A DNA stretch of 64,000 nucleotides, from the IMG/VR virus record IMGVR_UViG_3300037070_001217, positions 140 to 64,139 of that record; one strand, 5' to 3'. The position numbers were made by a program, and so were the translations under genes. This DNA comes from a virus. Its lineage: Duplodnaviria; Caudoviricetes. Position 1 is the first letter of the stretch. Each line of letters starts with the position of its first letter. The notes below the pieces were generated by a model, which did no database searches, was not told where the DNA came from, and saw only the letters and a program-made list of their open reading frames with translations. This document shows positions 21,301 through 28,420 of this stretch, one piece after another.

Positions 21301-22408
21301 TGGCAAAGCTCGGCTGGTTGGCATCGTCATCGACAAGCTGTGGTCGTGGGCGAGGATCGCTGACAATGGAATGATGAAGGCCTATCGCGCCGAGGACGAA
21401 ATCTTCCGCATGGCGCTCTACATGCGGCGGCGCTCGCAAGGTGAGAGCCCGCAGGCGGCGGCGCAGAACGCCCGGGAGCAGTTCCTCGACTACGACATCC
21501 GCGCGCCGTGGGTGGTGGCGCTGCGCAACACGCTGCTGCCGTTCGTGAGCTACACCTACCGGGCGGTGCCCATGATCGCGCACGCCATCCAGCTTCGTCC
21601 GTGGAAGATCGCGAAGTACGCGGCGGTCGCCTTTAGCGTGAACGCGCTGTCCTACATGCTCGATGACTGGGACGACGACGACAAGAAAAAGAAGGACGGC
21701 GAGACGCGCGAGCGCGCTGCGCTGCGTGACGAGGAGCAGGGGTACACTTGGATCGGCGTGCCTCGCATGGTGCGCATGCCGTGGCGGGATCAGCACGGGT
21801 TGCCCGTGTTCCTCGACATTCGCCGTTGGATACCGGCAGGCGACGTCTTCGACACGACGCAGGGATCGAGCGCACTGCCAATGCCGGGGCCGCTGCAGTT
21901 CGGCGGGCCGCTGATGCTGGCCTTCGAGTTTGCTCTCAACAAGCAGGCGTTCACGGGCAAGCAGATCACCGACGACCTGACGATGAACAACGCCGAGAAG
22001 TTTACGGCAGTCGCTAACTGGGCATGGAAGGCGTGGGCTCCACCGGCTCTATGGAACCCGGGCTCTCACTACTGGACGAAGGTCAAGAACGCGATCTACG
22101 GCGCGAAAGACACCGCTGACAACGTCTACTCTGTGCCGCAGGCGCTGCTGTCCTCGATCGGCATCAAGGTCAAGCCGGTCGACGTCACCAATGGAATCTT
22201 CTGGCACTACAAGGATTTCCAGAAGGTGCAGGAGGCACTCAAAACAGAGTTGTATTCCAACGCCTTTGACCTTCATCGCGGCCTGATCAGTCAGGAGGCG
22301 CACGACAAGAGGGCGGCCAACATCATGGAGAAGTTCCAGAATACGTTTACGGGACTGCGGGCGCTTCAGAAGCTAACCGCGATGCCGAAGAAGGAACCGG
22401 CGCAATGA
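12383..22408 (+). CDS. Giant polyvalent (DarB-like) injected protein: ddrB-ParB, zeta-toxin-like kinase, zincin peptidase, ADP-ribosyltransferase-like, GNAT and large C-terminal domain
   Basis: YAVIEADDLIASQ..YPAELQPRDR..GAPII..VESGNGR; GPPASGKST..DVDEAK..VHNES; ALHHEVMH; LYR..SWS..GEGEF; QKSGMGT..LTKIYEKWGF. Confidence 0.85.
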   Translation: MAEGANLFAHLATADEEDSPAASTNMFAHLPAAEEGSFIPEALKGVAGGAVTAAGTALKGQAAAQELALADRREMLLTAGRYFDRIDAGKTIKQEEIADPDVFNYVNEYLALDPERRAAMKEGLAAAAKEHPTGDVTKSPLFQAGEATQKWSAEQFKAAEDYQNSLTRTFTEALGSMVTMAGTSLISRGAGIGVGIQMSVGEQVDMALQQGASKEDILQAANLAFFPGATEYAPLEVMFSKIPVGKWGKFADALIKVGTAYLVEGGQEAAQQKLQNDIARFTYNPDQKPWENVAQSGFIGGAVGGTVATAALPFTLGGERAAPPAPEGQPRPRYEPTPAGAQPADTVLPPEPGAPGAPAPVDIRPAVLDVEIIPADQAPPAPVLQTAPQTMVVNDPAYIDEDGVQQPAGPLHGMTVDVIKRGDIASEVRLRDRAGTVMRVGNALLTPTVQDVTKGAVKEALEPPEDERVASPRLTPADRTSPIPNDVIDDGKALLEVATGQPSTVTVATEVDGKLQLTQTKVSDLLARDRAQTQAVINQILQGVPSAPAVTAGPLAAPPTGVPEVAGTAAPTEAPAAVGAPTARAATDYSVDTEDNGIFPVRVVRSADGSVAIFDLSPDGAPVIKHNAAFSEGKSDTDLIAYSFEPLGYRGAKPTAKTSDIASDVAAPPADTALERATAEPEPAPIDDVSDDAHPRSEDTQSFEEFVAKSKAHLAEREARAEAIAEKGGSTRMEHKTREGQRALVGPDMAEPGKFRITRFDAKGPFGHTTFNTLKEAANEALRDGYVPVERPTAAEPPKQAALKDKIEANRGAAAPALAPKPETRPVKDDVAITASGRDVPVTYAVIEADDLIASQRDEGGTNPAYPAELQPRDRSRGTSDQQINKIAQNLKPELLDQNPNASDGAPIISEDGVVESGNGRVLAIRRAFSQGLATAKAYVDYLASKGYPVQGMRRPVLVRVRKGQLTDRAAFTREANERTTLAMSATERAMADAAALKPETVALYRGGEVSEAGNRDFVRSFMKSVVNPNEQAAMVTPEGGLSQEAIRRVQGALLAKAYGDADLVGSLLESTDTNIKAIGGALMDVAGPWAQMRDEAKSEAIDPDVDVTPAVLEAVRLVQRARNEGRPLSEFVAQKDIFSGSTISPEAEAVLRLMFRNTTSWTMPAGREKLADALRFYATEARKTTAGVDLLGETAPPATKILETAKARQYGAEEVQQKLPGGDRATGKDTGAPSQERAVKAESRPQAEGRPSPAPEAPAKPSKLKKKVSAKRAETAAMLARLPKNFNWKGGAGDFIYGYLTGSVGVRNVWQVRRRDTGEVVPAGRLENLSSASNAAQRMNEQAKATAAPDAKLTPAEAMKAAIRADGEKRAAAAKAQALAERQAAEAKAAEGAKFSRPGPVEDEPPPQKLGVVERHRRARTLKKLKTPEALAEVAAMNAVPVTSDEPGFWTPEWLDARRWNVKGAKVKLQETLEYLYGVAHGLATKEINEGIDKHNAKVRETGRGQLLDHVKPYRVENNHLAIVLQGPPASGKSTAANDLAYEFNAAITDVDEAKKVIPGYVAPDSKGKMTPGMGANAVHNESRLLGDLVTDRLVAEGANLIIPTVGDKHGSIEWWRTMLEKHGYTVHLAVLDVTQETAARRMWKRFKETGRLINPDFFMKVVAAPPYIFEYAKSKGRFASYVKIRSNDHLHARVSETSGKAPLLALGARFVPGGKIGAARHIEPRGRGYRPPKIRPGAGTAARRAEVAAARAGASLLLPPTGRQETLITPAENITYTTTPAFKAKADAFLKSLRKILDGYGLKGVDLKVWEDILVRQGEDEFNVNGVYLHDLISLALQIGSKSVDIVEALHHEVMHAILELAATDNEKAILRRKSRKEWITDEIKQNYPQAQWVEEGITHAFVRWLQGERMDGMINRSFKKFKTFLKALYQALTGHDIRTAEDVFRQIQSGKIGGRTQVGAGIEFAPVAEPPAFFSKVEPKRENFPKNIRDRMNRADQELNAAVQEAMEEFTRWTPGGVRIEGGAMSPAVRQGQGQLERAARGDDPELLDKIRADVEPILEILRENYGPVVKLYRKQRQVAQGSRRAILSWSVSYDYAMSHMPAHKEGVPQEHTLLSAEVPLDSEHILAVTDRGGEGEFILINKPENQVFVDDTGKLVSGGRVNVGMFSKPLPSEIVDLFDGPAEQLVIPGAEKVSEKTLAQRRAEAPMRPSVGQKGVGELPLFGDEKNQMALFSKPINLGGDEKAAVKTRIDAALNEAYATLFPNPLNNAEVGFANEKQDAVIMMQLENYGDSLYVKWLSAYPQKSGMGTQGMNYLKELATKHDVPLSLTTWDRGNIGAKRLTKIYEKWGFKAGKQGLMWWHPAPKAEDVAKFSKPPSGPNDPRFSLVAAPHTTQQAAQVTQGFLNRGQPVDRAIRVPWSLFGGLDEQNRWIPSKRLDEKGHSTPARREGLAIGGIIGAGIGTFVGGPGVGTIAGFAAGGTVGATILGSTSWPTNGAFGFFRSFAENAKRGLITNYGLDPEYVQTFRKSELYKVMREREGAEILKVLHNAGVGTKEAEVIQQILSGEPVNDDAMKRLSGPIRKAIDDMGAEAVSLGLISAESFERNRGAYLHRVYAKTEADQGTMAGWVSGQMTSRRKKIIGDELKGRGIFMDQPVDRIMRDVESFQKGQRGAPVLGEKFRIIDEVSSAPDLTGGKPKEKVMRRVYLPANEAVPAKYQGANWVDRGTWEVRKEGKTTTLWRDYTKEERGKMGEIIDARYTIAKTFMLLANDIATGKFYHDVSVKEEWTQTKPPPDGTWKEGSEYNVMNGRYWEDPDIQWVKVPDTNIEKSGGKKKWGALAGKFVRAAIWRDLNELHLANNPGTWRALFRQWKANHTFRLPVVHMNNVMSNVMFMDMADVRAQDLVAGIREYFSSGTHYQEARDSGAFGADVVDQELRDKVLKPILDEITKQTTGSGVGNPLLNWAGIPFLGKARLVGIVIDKLWSWARIADNGMMKAYRAEDEIFRMALYMRRRSQGESPQAAAQNAREQFLDYDIRAPWVVALRNTLLPFVSYTYRAVPMIAHAIQLRPWKIAKYAAVAFSVNALSYMLDDWDDDDKKKKDGETRERAALRDEEQGYTWIGVPRMVRMPWRDQHGLPVFLDIRRWIPAGDVFDTTQGSSALPMPGPLQFGGPLMLAFEFALNKQAFTGKQITDDLTMNNAEKFTAVANWAWKAWAPPALWNPGSHYWTKVKNAIYGAKDTADNVYSVPQALLSSIGIKVKPVDVTNGIFWHYKDFQKVQEALKTELYSNAFDLHRGLISQEAHDKRAANIMEKFQNTFTGLRALQKLTAMPKKEPAQ

Positions 22409-23076
22409 AGTTCGACCGGACCAAATTCTTCGACTCGATTCGCAAGAGCCTCTTCCCGAAGGGGCTGACGCAACAGCAGGTAGACGGCATGTCATTCAAG
22501 CTGGCGGCCTACGAGGCGAACCCGCTGTCCACGGATTTGCGCCACCTCGCCTACCCATTTGCAACGAGTTACCATGAAACGGCCAAGACCATGTGGCCTA
22601 TAGAAGAAATAGGCAAAGGTAATGGCAAGAAGTATGGAGTAAAAGATAAAGAAACTGGGCAGATATATTATGGGAGGGGAGACGTTCAACTTACGTGGCG
22701 CGAGAACTACAGAAACGCTTCTAAGGAATTGGATCTGACTGGCGGCACTGATGACTTGGAGTGGCACGCGGAGCGGGCGCTCGATCCAACCATATCTGCT
22801 AACGTGATGTACCACGGGATGGAAGGCGGGTGGTTCACCGGCAAAGCGCTCGATGACTTTTTCAATGCGACCAAGAACGATCCTGTCGGGGCGCGCATCA
22901 TCATCAACAACGACGTCAAGACGATGGGTGCGAAGATCGCCAAATACCATGAGAAGTTCCTCATGGCCCTGCAGTCGTCGGAGATCGCCACAGGCCTGAT
23001 AACGATCGTCTACCGGGTGCTGGTCACGGTGCCAGATGGAACGCCGGTCGCCGTCAAGGTCGAGCGGGAGACGTGA
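22405..23076 (+). CDS. Endolysin, glycoside hydrolase family 19 type
   Basis: LAY..AT.YHET..M.PIEE, YYGRGDVQLTWRENY, GWFTG and ARIIIN motifs. Confidence 0.9.
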   Translation: MKFDRTKFFDSIRKSLFPKGLTQQQVDGMSFKLAAYEANPLSTDLRHLAYPFATSYHETAKTMWPIEEIGKGNGKKYGVKDKETGQIYYGRGDVQLTWRENYRNASKELDLTGGTDDLEWHAERALDPTISANVMYHGMEGGWFTGKALDDFFNATKNDPVGARIIINNDVKTMGAKIAKYHEKFLMALQSSEIATGLITIVYRVLVTVPDGTPVAVKVERET

Positions 23077-23543
23077 CCGACCAGCCGCCACCTTCTCAGG
23101 AGCCGGGCATCTGGCAGACGATCGTCCGCGCCGTCACCAGCATGAGCCTCACGCAGGCCTTGGTCATCGCGCTTTTGCTGGCAGTGGTGGTGCCCTCGTA
23201 TCTGCTCTATCGCGCCGTCAATGATCCGGCGATGCTGGGCCGGTTCTTGTCGTCCTATGAGGAGATCAGTTCGGACAAGGTGGCCTGCGTCCTGCGCATC
23301 GCCAGCCTGCGTGGCGGCGGCGATGAGTATGGCATTTCGACCGGCTTCGCGGCGCAGGGCAACGACCGTTACGTGATCTCGGTGCTGATGGACAGGAAGC
23401 CTTCTGAAGTCGAAATCCAGTCATACTGCGAGGTGCTGCAGAGAATCGTAGACCACATGCGGAGGCCAGAGTCGCCATCGCCCACCTTCCCCGGAACCGA
23501 AGAGCCATTGATCTGGCACTATCCGCAGGAAGAATCGCCCTGA
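23073..23543 (+). CDS. Membrane protein in the lysis cassette (holin/antiholin-like candidate)
   Basis: One N-terminal TM helix and a soluble domain with two Cys; GTGA overlap with the endolysin stop. Confidence 0.5.
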   Translation: MTDQPPPSQEPGIWQTIVRAVTSMSLTQALVIALLLAVVVPSYLLYRAVNDPAMLGRFLSSYEEISSDKVACVLRIASLRGGGDEYGISTGFAAQGNDRYVISVLMDRKPSEVEIQSYCEVLQRIVDHMRRPESPSPTFPGTEEPLIWHYPQEESP

Positions 23544-23683
23544 TCGTGGTGGCGGCGGCCCTGCTATGGAGCGCTGATGTCAAGTTTTCCGCCGACCAGT
23601 GCCGCGTCTTGCGACAGGTGGGAGCGGACACCAGAGGTATCTGTCCCCAGCCTAAGCCGCCACCCAAAAAGAGAGTAGGGTGA
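23540..23683 (+). CDS. Small membrane-anchored two-Cys protein missing from the ORF track (start uncertain)
   Basis: Frame reads LIVVAAALLWSADVKFSADQCRVLRQVGADTRGICPQPKPPPKKRVG*; resembles the N-terminus of the next gene. Confidence 0.55.
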   Translation: MIVVAAALLWSADVKFSADQCRVLRQVGADTRGICPQPKPPPKKRVG

Positions 23684-24315
23684 AAAAGATGAAAACTGTG
23701 GGGATAGTTTTCGTCCTTTTCGTCCTCGCCTCCTGCAGGACGGCCAATGTCGAGTTCGATGAGGCGCAGTGCCGCTACCTGCAGAAGCACCGGCTGGTGA
23801 ACACGACGCTCCTGTGCAAGCGCCCGCCGAGCAATACGCCAGCGGCGCAACAGACATCGAACACGCCCGGAGGATCAGAGAGTGAATCCCCTCCGACTGC
23901 TGGGAGCGCTGCTGGTTCTGGGTCTGGTGGCGGTAATTCTGGTGGAGGTGGCGCTGCTGGTGGTTCTGGTGGACAGCCTCCTGCAACAAGCGAACCTCCT
24001 GCCACCACGCCGCCATCCGTGACGGAGCCGCCCACGACGACGGAGCCACCCACGGAACCGCAACCACCTGAGCCGCCGACGATCGAGCCACCGACGCGGC
24101 CAGAGCCACCCGAGCCACCGACGATCGAACCACCGCCCTGTAGCGGGGATGGCTGCGGCGGCGGGGAAGGCGGTGGTGGTGGCGAAGGCGGTGGTGGCGG
24201 CGGTGAAGGTGGGGGCGGTGGCGGTGAAGGCAGCGGCGGTGGCGGTGAAGGCAGCGGCGGTGGCGGTGAAGGCAGCGGCGGTGGCGGTGAAGGCAGCGGC
24301 GGTGGCGACGGCTAG
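23680..24315 (+). CDS. Lipoprotein with Pro-rich and Gly-rich tail (spanin-like candidate)
   Basis: Basic N-terminus, hydrophobic core and LASC lipobox; last gene of the lysis cassette. Confidence 0.6.
   Translation: MKKMKTVGIVFVLFVLASCRTANVEFDEAQCRYLQKHRLVNTTLLCKRPPSNTPAAQQTSNTPGGSESESPPTAGSAAGSGSGGGNSGGGGAAGGSGGQPPATSEPPATTPPSVTEPPTTTEPPTEPQPPEPPTIEPPTRPEPPEPPTIEPPPCSGDGCGGGEGGGGGEGGGGGGEGGGGGGEGSGGGGEGSGGGGEGSGGGGEGSGGGDG
24223..24306 (+). repeat. 21-bp tandem repeat, 4 copies (GEGSGGG)
   Basis: GGTGAAGGCAGCGGCGGTGGC repeated four times. Confidence 0.95.
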
Positions 24316-24319
24316 AGCT

Positions 24320-24682
24320 TCAATCGAACAGCTTTCTCGGCGGCAGGCTCTTGCCCGACGTCGGCTTGGCCTTCGCCTCCTTCGTCCCGGCGATCGTGAG
24401 GTCGCCATTGTCGAACCAGTATTTCTGGGTGCGCCGGATGGCATTGAGCACGTAGTCGCTGATCTCGCGCGCATCATAGTCGTGCAGGTCGAGCGCGGCG
24501 TGGCAGGCGCTGCAGGCGAACACCGCATGGAAGTCATCAGACTTGGTGCCCATACCGCTGATAGGGCTCGGCAGGTGGGCTAGCACGGTTGTTGTGGTGT
24601 CATGGTTGCAGCGGTCGAAGAACTGCAGGGTGCATTCCTGCCCCTTGGCGCTGTCACGCAGGCGCTGGCTGACGACGCCCAT
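24320..24682 (-). CDS. YbcO/DUF1364-like nuclease-domain protein
   Basis: LRDSAKGQECT..CNHD..TTVLAH..GMGTK.DD..FACSACH motif. Confidence 0.8.
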   Translation of the reverse strand: MGVVSQRLRDSAKGQECTLQFFDRCNHDTTTTVLAHLPSPISGMGTKSDDFHAVFACSACHAALDLHDYDAREISDYVLNAIRRTQKYWFDNGDLTIAGTKEAKAKPTSGKSLPPRKLFD

Positions 24683-24855
24683 CACGTCTCTCCCGGTTTC
24701 TTGCCCTTGGCCAGACGTCTGCGGGCGGCGCGGTTGTTGATCGGAAAATCTTCCGGCTTGACCTTGCCCTGCTGACGCATGGCGTTCTGGTAGGCGGCTT
24801 GCACTACCTTGGCTTTGCCGGTGCGCGTGGTGTCGACGCGCGTCATCTTCATCAT
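24682..24855 (-). CDS. Small basic hypothetical protein
   Basis: GGAGG RBS; NRAARRR motif; translational coupling. Confidence 0.55.
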   Translation of the reverse strand: MMKMTRVDTTRTGKAKVVQAAYQNAMRQQGKVKPEDFPINNRAARRRLAKGKKPGET

Positions 24856-25745
24856 CGTGCCTCCGGGCGCAGATCGGCCAGCGTGCAGTGCGCAACATTG
24901 GCGACCCATTTCAGATCGAGCGGCCTATTGCCCCTGCAGACAGCTAGGCAGTGACGGTAGATCAGGTTACCGACATCCTTGGCTTCTGGAGTGATGGACG
25001 CCGGGGTGAGGTTCTCCTTGATCCCCTTCGCCTGATTGTTCAGAATGCCAACGTCGCCACCCGGCTCTGTTGCGGCCACTAGCATCCGGGCGGTCTGACG
25101 TACCCAGTCCCACTCTTGTTGTGAGAGCGGATTACCTCGGGCAGGCGGCGACACGTCGCGAGGGATGGCTTCGACGCCACCGCCTGCCTCTGGTACACCG
25201 GCCGTTGCTACGGGCGGTATTGGCACCCCAGCGCCCACCGGGATAGGGCGTGCGCTGGGGGCACCGTCATTGGCAGCGCCGTCACCGGCTGCGCCAGACG
25301 ATACAAATCCTGTATCCGGTGCTTCCCTCCGAAGCGTCCCCGGGTCGATCCCAAACCTCTCCTGAACAATCCCCTCGAAAATAGAGATGTATTCAGAAAG
25401 TTCCTTGTCGGTAAATGTAGCAATGTGGCGGGGGTGCGCACCCCATTCGCCGTTCTTTTTTTTGTAGGGATTGGCGAACCCGGCGGCCAGCTTCAGCGCA
25501 TCGTGCGCCGTCTCCGTGTTCGACCACGGCGTATCGGCCTGCAGGAGCAACGTCGACAGCATGGCGAAGTACGCCTTCTCGGCGGGCCGCACCTTGACGC
25601 GCACGGCATCGACGTTGACCTCGGCCCCTTCGTGCCACTGGTTGACGAGTTCGAGATCGTATTGGGAGACAGGCACCAGCCGCCCCTTCTCGACGCGCAT
25701 GGTGATGGTGGGGTGGTCGTCGCTCTTGCCGCGCAGGACGGTCAT
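24852..25745 (-). CDS. NinB/DUF1367-like recombination accessory protein with C-terminal extension
   Basis: YFAML..HDALKLAAG..IATF..EY pattern; lies downstream of bet. Confidence 0.5.
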   Translation of the reverse strand: MTVLRGKSDDHPTITMRVEKGRLVPVSQYDLELVNQWHEGAEVNVDAVRVKVRPAEKAYFAMLSTLLLQADTPWSNTETAHDALKLAAGFANPYKKKNGEWGAHPRHIATFTDKELSEYISIFEGIVQERFGIDPGTLRREAPDTGFVSSGAAGDGAANDGAPSARPIPVGAGVPIPPVATAGVPEAGGGVEAIPRDVSPPARGNPLSQQEWDWVRQTARMLVAATEPGGDVGILNNQAKGIKENLTPASITPEAKDVGNLIYRHCLAVCRGNRPLDLKWVANVAHCTLADLRPEAR

Positions 25746-26683
25746 GACGTCACTCGCGTCGTGTGGCGGCGCTTGATGCCCCATGCTACGCCGATAAACT
25801 CGTCGCCCTTGGTCACGCTCTGAAGCTTGGCTTCGAGATCGAAGTCGCTCCAGATTTCATCGATCTCTGCGGCGCTCGTTGCATTCCCCATCGCATCGTC
25901 CATGTCGGACAGCATCTGTCCCGGTGTTACGATCTCCCCGGTGTCGAGATCGGCCATGTCCAGTTCGTGCAACTCGACCTCGATCGACTTGGCCGGTGGC
26001 TTGGGTGGCGTCGGCCTGCGCGACGGTCGCTCGGCGTATGGCGGCATGGGCGCGACCTCGATCGGCTGGCTCAGAGATGGCGGCGATACTCGTCCCTTTT
26101 TTTCTTCGATTATCGCCTTGACAACCGGCGGCTTTGGTGGGCTCGGCGGCGTGACATCCTTCATCTGGGCGAAGCGCTCGGCCTCATCCTCGTCGTAGAT
26201 GCCGCCAAATCCGAAGCAATATCTCGCCGCTTGGATCAACGCCTTGTGGCGCAGCATGCGGTGCTTCATCTTCCACGGTTCGCTCACGCGGACACATTCG
26301 GCAAGGTACTCGGTCACCTCGACCGGGTGGCTGCGATCTTTCCTGTGCATCCTGCAGGTGATTGCCACCAGTTCGCCGCCGCTCTCATGGGTGTCGAACT
26401 CGAAGCCATCAGCCTGTGGGTGGTTGTTGATGAGGTGAATCCACCCATCGATGCCGACGACCGGGATGAGGCCGCCGCCCTTCTTGGGCATGGCGTAGAT
26501 TTGCCGGGTGATCGGGTTGAGGTTGTATTCCCTGCAGACGCTGACAAATGCAGCGAACTCTTCCGGGGTGGCGTTGGGCATGCCGCAGGCGGCGCGCACG
26601 GTGGCGGAAAACTCCTGCGGGGCGAGGCCGTACTTGGCCGCCATGCCGTCGAGCAGCATCAGTTGTTTGGTGGGGGCGTTCAT
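25742..26683 (-). CDS. bet: Red-beta/RecT-family single-strand annealing protein
   Basis: YNLNPITRQIYA, PVVGIDGW, EYLAEC..PW..RMLRHKALIQAARYCFGFGGIYDEDEAER. Confidence 0.9.
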   Translation of the reverse strand: MNAPTKQLMLLDGMAAKYGLAPQEFSATVRAACGMPNATPEEFAAFVSVCREYNLNPITRQIYAMPKKGGGLIPVVGIDGWIHLINNHPQADGFEFDTHESGGELVAITCRMHRKDRSHPVEVTEYLAECVRVSEPWKMKHRMLRHKALIQAARYCFGFGGIYDEDEAERFAQMKDVTPPSPPKPPVVKAIIEEKKGRVSPPSLSQPIEVAPMPPYAERPSRRPTPPKPPAKSIEVELHELDMADLDTGEIVTPGQMLSDMDDAMGNATSAAEIDEIWSDFDLEAKLQSVTKGDEFIGVAWGIKRRHTTRVTS

Positions 26684-27102
26684 TTTTTCATACTCCTCAA
26701 TGCTTCTAGGCTGGCCTTTCTCTGCGCTTCGTCGTCGTAGACTCTGGCCGTGACCTCTTGCAGCCACCGCTTGTGGTCCTTGAATTTCCAGTTCTTCCCA
26801 AGGGCGCTGGTCATGACGAGATCGATCTTGTGTTCCTTGTAATCCGTGATCACCAGCGTGACGGCGCGATCGAGCGACACGTTGAACTCGATAGGCCCGC
26901 CATCTTTCCAGACGTCGTATGTGTCATCGATCGGGGAGACGATTTCGTGAGCCCCCTCTACGCCAAGCGCTGACAGCGTGGCGACGTCGCCCTGTCTCAT
27001 CCGGGCAACGCAGTTTACGACGTGTTTCATCGCCGCCTTGGCGATCAGATCGAGCGAATCGTACTGCTGCTGGGTGCTCTTCATTTCAGTCGCCGCTGTC
27101 AT
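26680..27102 (-). CDS. Hypothetical protein
   Basis: ORF tiles the operon; start uncertain. Confidence 0.6.
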   Translation of the reverse strand: MTAATEMKSTQQQYDSLDLIAKAAMKHVVNCVARMRQGDVATLSALGVEGAHEIVSPIDDTYDVWKDGGPIEFNVSLDRAVTLVITDYKEHKIDLVMTSALGKNWKFKDHKRWLQEVTARVYDDEAQRKASLEALRSMKK

Positions 27103-27508
27103 AGGTCATGTCGTAGCCGCACTTGACGCAGTGGCCGGGGTGCCAGCCGCGATTGTGGTTCGCACCCGGGTGGTCGACAACCTCATGCGCACAGATGCGG
27201 AAGCGCCTGACATACGGGCCTTCCTTGCGACTGCTGTAGGTCACGGCATAGCCGCCGCCGTCGCACCCCGACATCATGTAGCTGGTGATGAAAAACTGCG
27301 TCCACTGGTTGCTGCCGCTTGGCGTGAGCGCATAGCCCCACACCGGCTGCATCATGTGGCCGCCAGATGCGATGTGGTTGAGGAACTCGATCGGATCGAC
27401 ATCCTCGGCGTTGGGCAGCGGCTGCAGGCGCTCGTTGCCCAGCCTGCCAATGTACGGGTTGTAGTCCTCTCGGTCGAATGTGCGGCGTTCTTTGAACTCG
27501 ATCGTCAT
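27086..27508 (-). CDS. Hypothetical protein with C-terminal Cys/His cluster
   Basis: C.H..GWHPGHCVKCG; ATGA coupling. Confidence 0.65.
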   Translation of the reverse strand: MTIEFKERRTFDREDYNPYIGRLGNERLQPLPNAEDVDPIEFLNHIASGGHMMQPVWGYALTPSGSNQWTQFFITSYMMSGCDGGGYAVTYSSRKEGPYVRRFRICAHEVVDHPGANHNRGWHPGHCVKCGYDMTYDSGD

Positions 27509-28419
27509 GATATTCGTGCCCTCTCTTCTGTCTCGATGCCCGGCACCGTCATGCCTGCCCGCACCGCCTTCTGCGCCATCGTCAGCAGGAACTGGTTCAA
27601 GTCCGGGTTGCCTCGCAGGAAGTGGAACAGGGCGAGATCGTCGGTGATCTTGGTGACGACTAGCTCGGTGCCGACAGTCGCGGCGCGGCCGTAGTTCCCT
27701 TTGATGGTGGTGTCGGCTGGTGGCAGCGGGGGCGGCGCAGCCTCCTCCCCGGACTGTCGCGCCGCTTCCTCCCGCTGCCGTTCCTCAAGACGACGGGCTA
27801 GGAGTTGCGCCGTCTTGAAGCTCTCAATGTATCTGCGTAGCTGGTCCGCGACCGCCTTGGCTTCCTTGACCAGCGGCATGTACTGCGCATCGACCGCCTT
27901 GCCCGCTTCGAGATGTGGCTTCTTGAGCCCCTCGCGAATCTTGTCGGCTTGGCCTGCCAGTTCGTTCATGCGCGACCGCAACGATTGCGCCTTGGCCGCC
28001 TCTTCCTCGGACTGGATGTCCCGATAGACCTCGGCACCAACCTTGGCGTTCTCGATCTGGTCAGCCAGCACGGCGAGATCGTCGCCAACGTTGTGGCCCA
28101 TCATCGATGCCACGGTGGGATCGTCGTCTGCCCAGCCTCCACCGGCCAGCGCCTGTTCGTAGGCCTCGGCCGTGATCGGATGGCGGCAGCAATAGTTCCA
28201 TGTCTCCATCGCATCGACGCTAATACCGGAGCGCAGCGCGACCCACTTGCCATCCTCATCCTTCCAGATGGCGACCGGGAGCCACGGCTTGGTGGCGTTG
28301 AAGCGCATCTTGAAAAAGCCCTGCTCGGGCGCGTCGACGCTGACCAACAGATGATCGGCCTTGCCGATTTCCTTGGGGCTGTCGAGAGCCTGCTGCCACC
28401 AATGCCATGCGTTGTTCAT
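27505..28419 (-). CDS. Conserved phage coiled-coil protein of the recombination module
   Basis: AAAGGAA RBS; WWQQAL N-terminus; ADKIRE.LKKPHLEAGKAVDA coiled coil. Confidence 0.7.
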   Translation of the reverse strand: MNNAWHWWQQALDSPKEIGKADHLLVSVDAPEQGFFKMRFNATKPWLPVAIWKDEDGKWVALRSGISVDAMETWNYCCRHPITAEAYEQALAGGGWADDDPTVASMMGHNVGDDLAVLADQIENAKVGAEVYRDIQSEEEAAKAQSLRSRMNELAGQADKIREGLKKPHLEAGKAVDAQYMPLVKEAKAVADQLRRYIESFKTAQLLARRLEERQREEAARQSGEEAAPPPLPPADTTIKGNYGRAATVGTELVVTKITDDLALFHFLRGNPDLNQFLLTMAQKAVRAGMTVPGIETEERARIS

Positions 28420-28420
28420 T

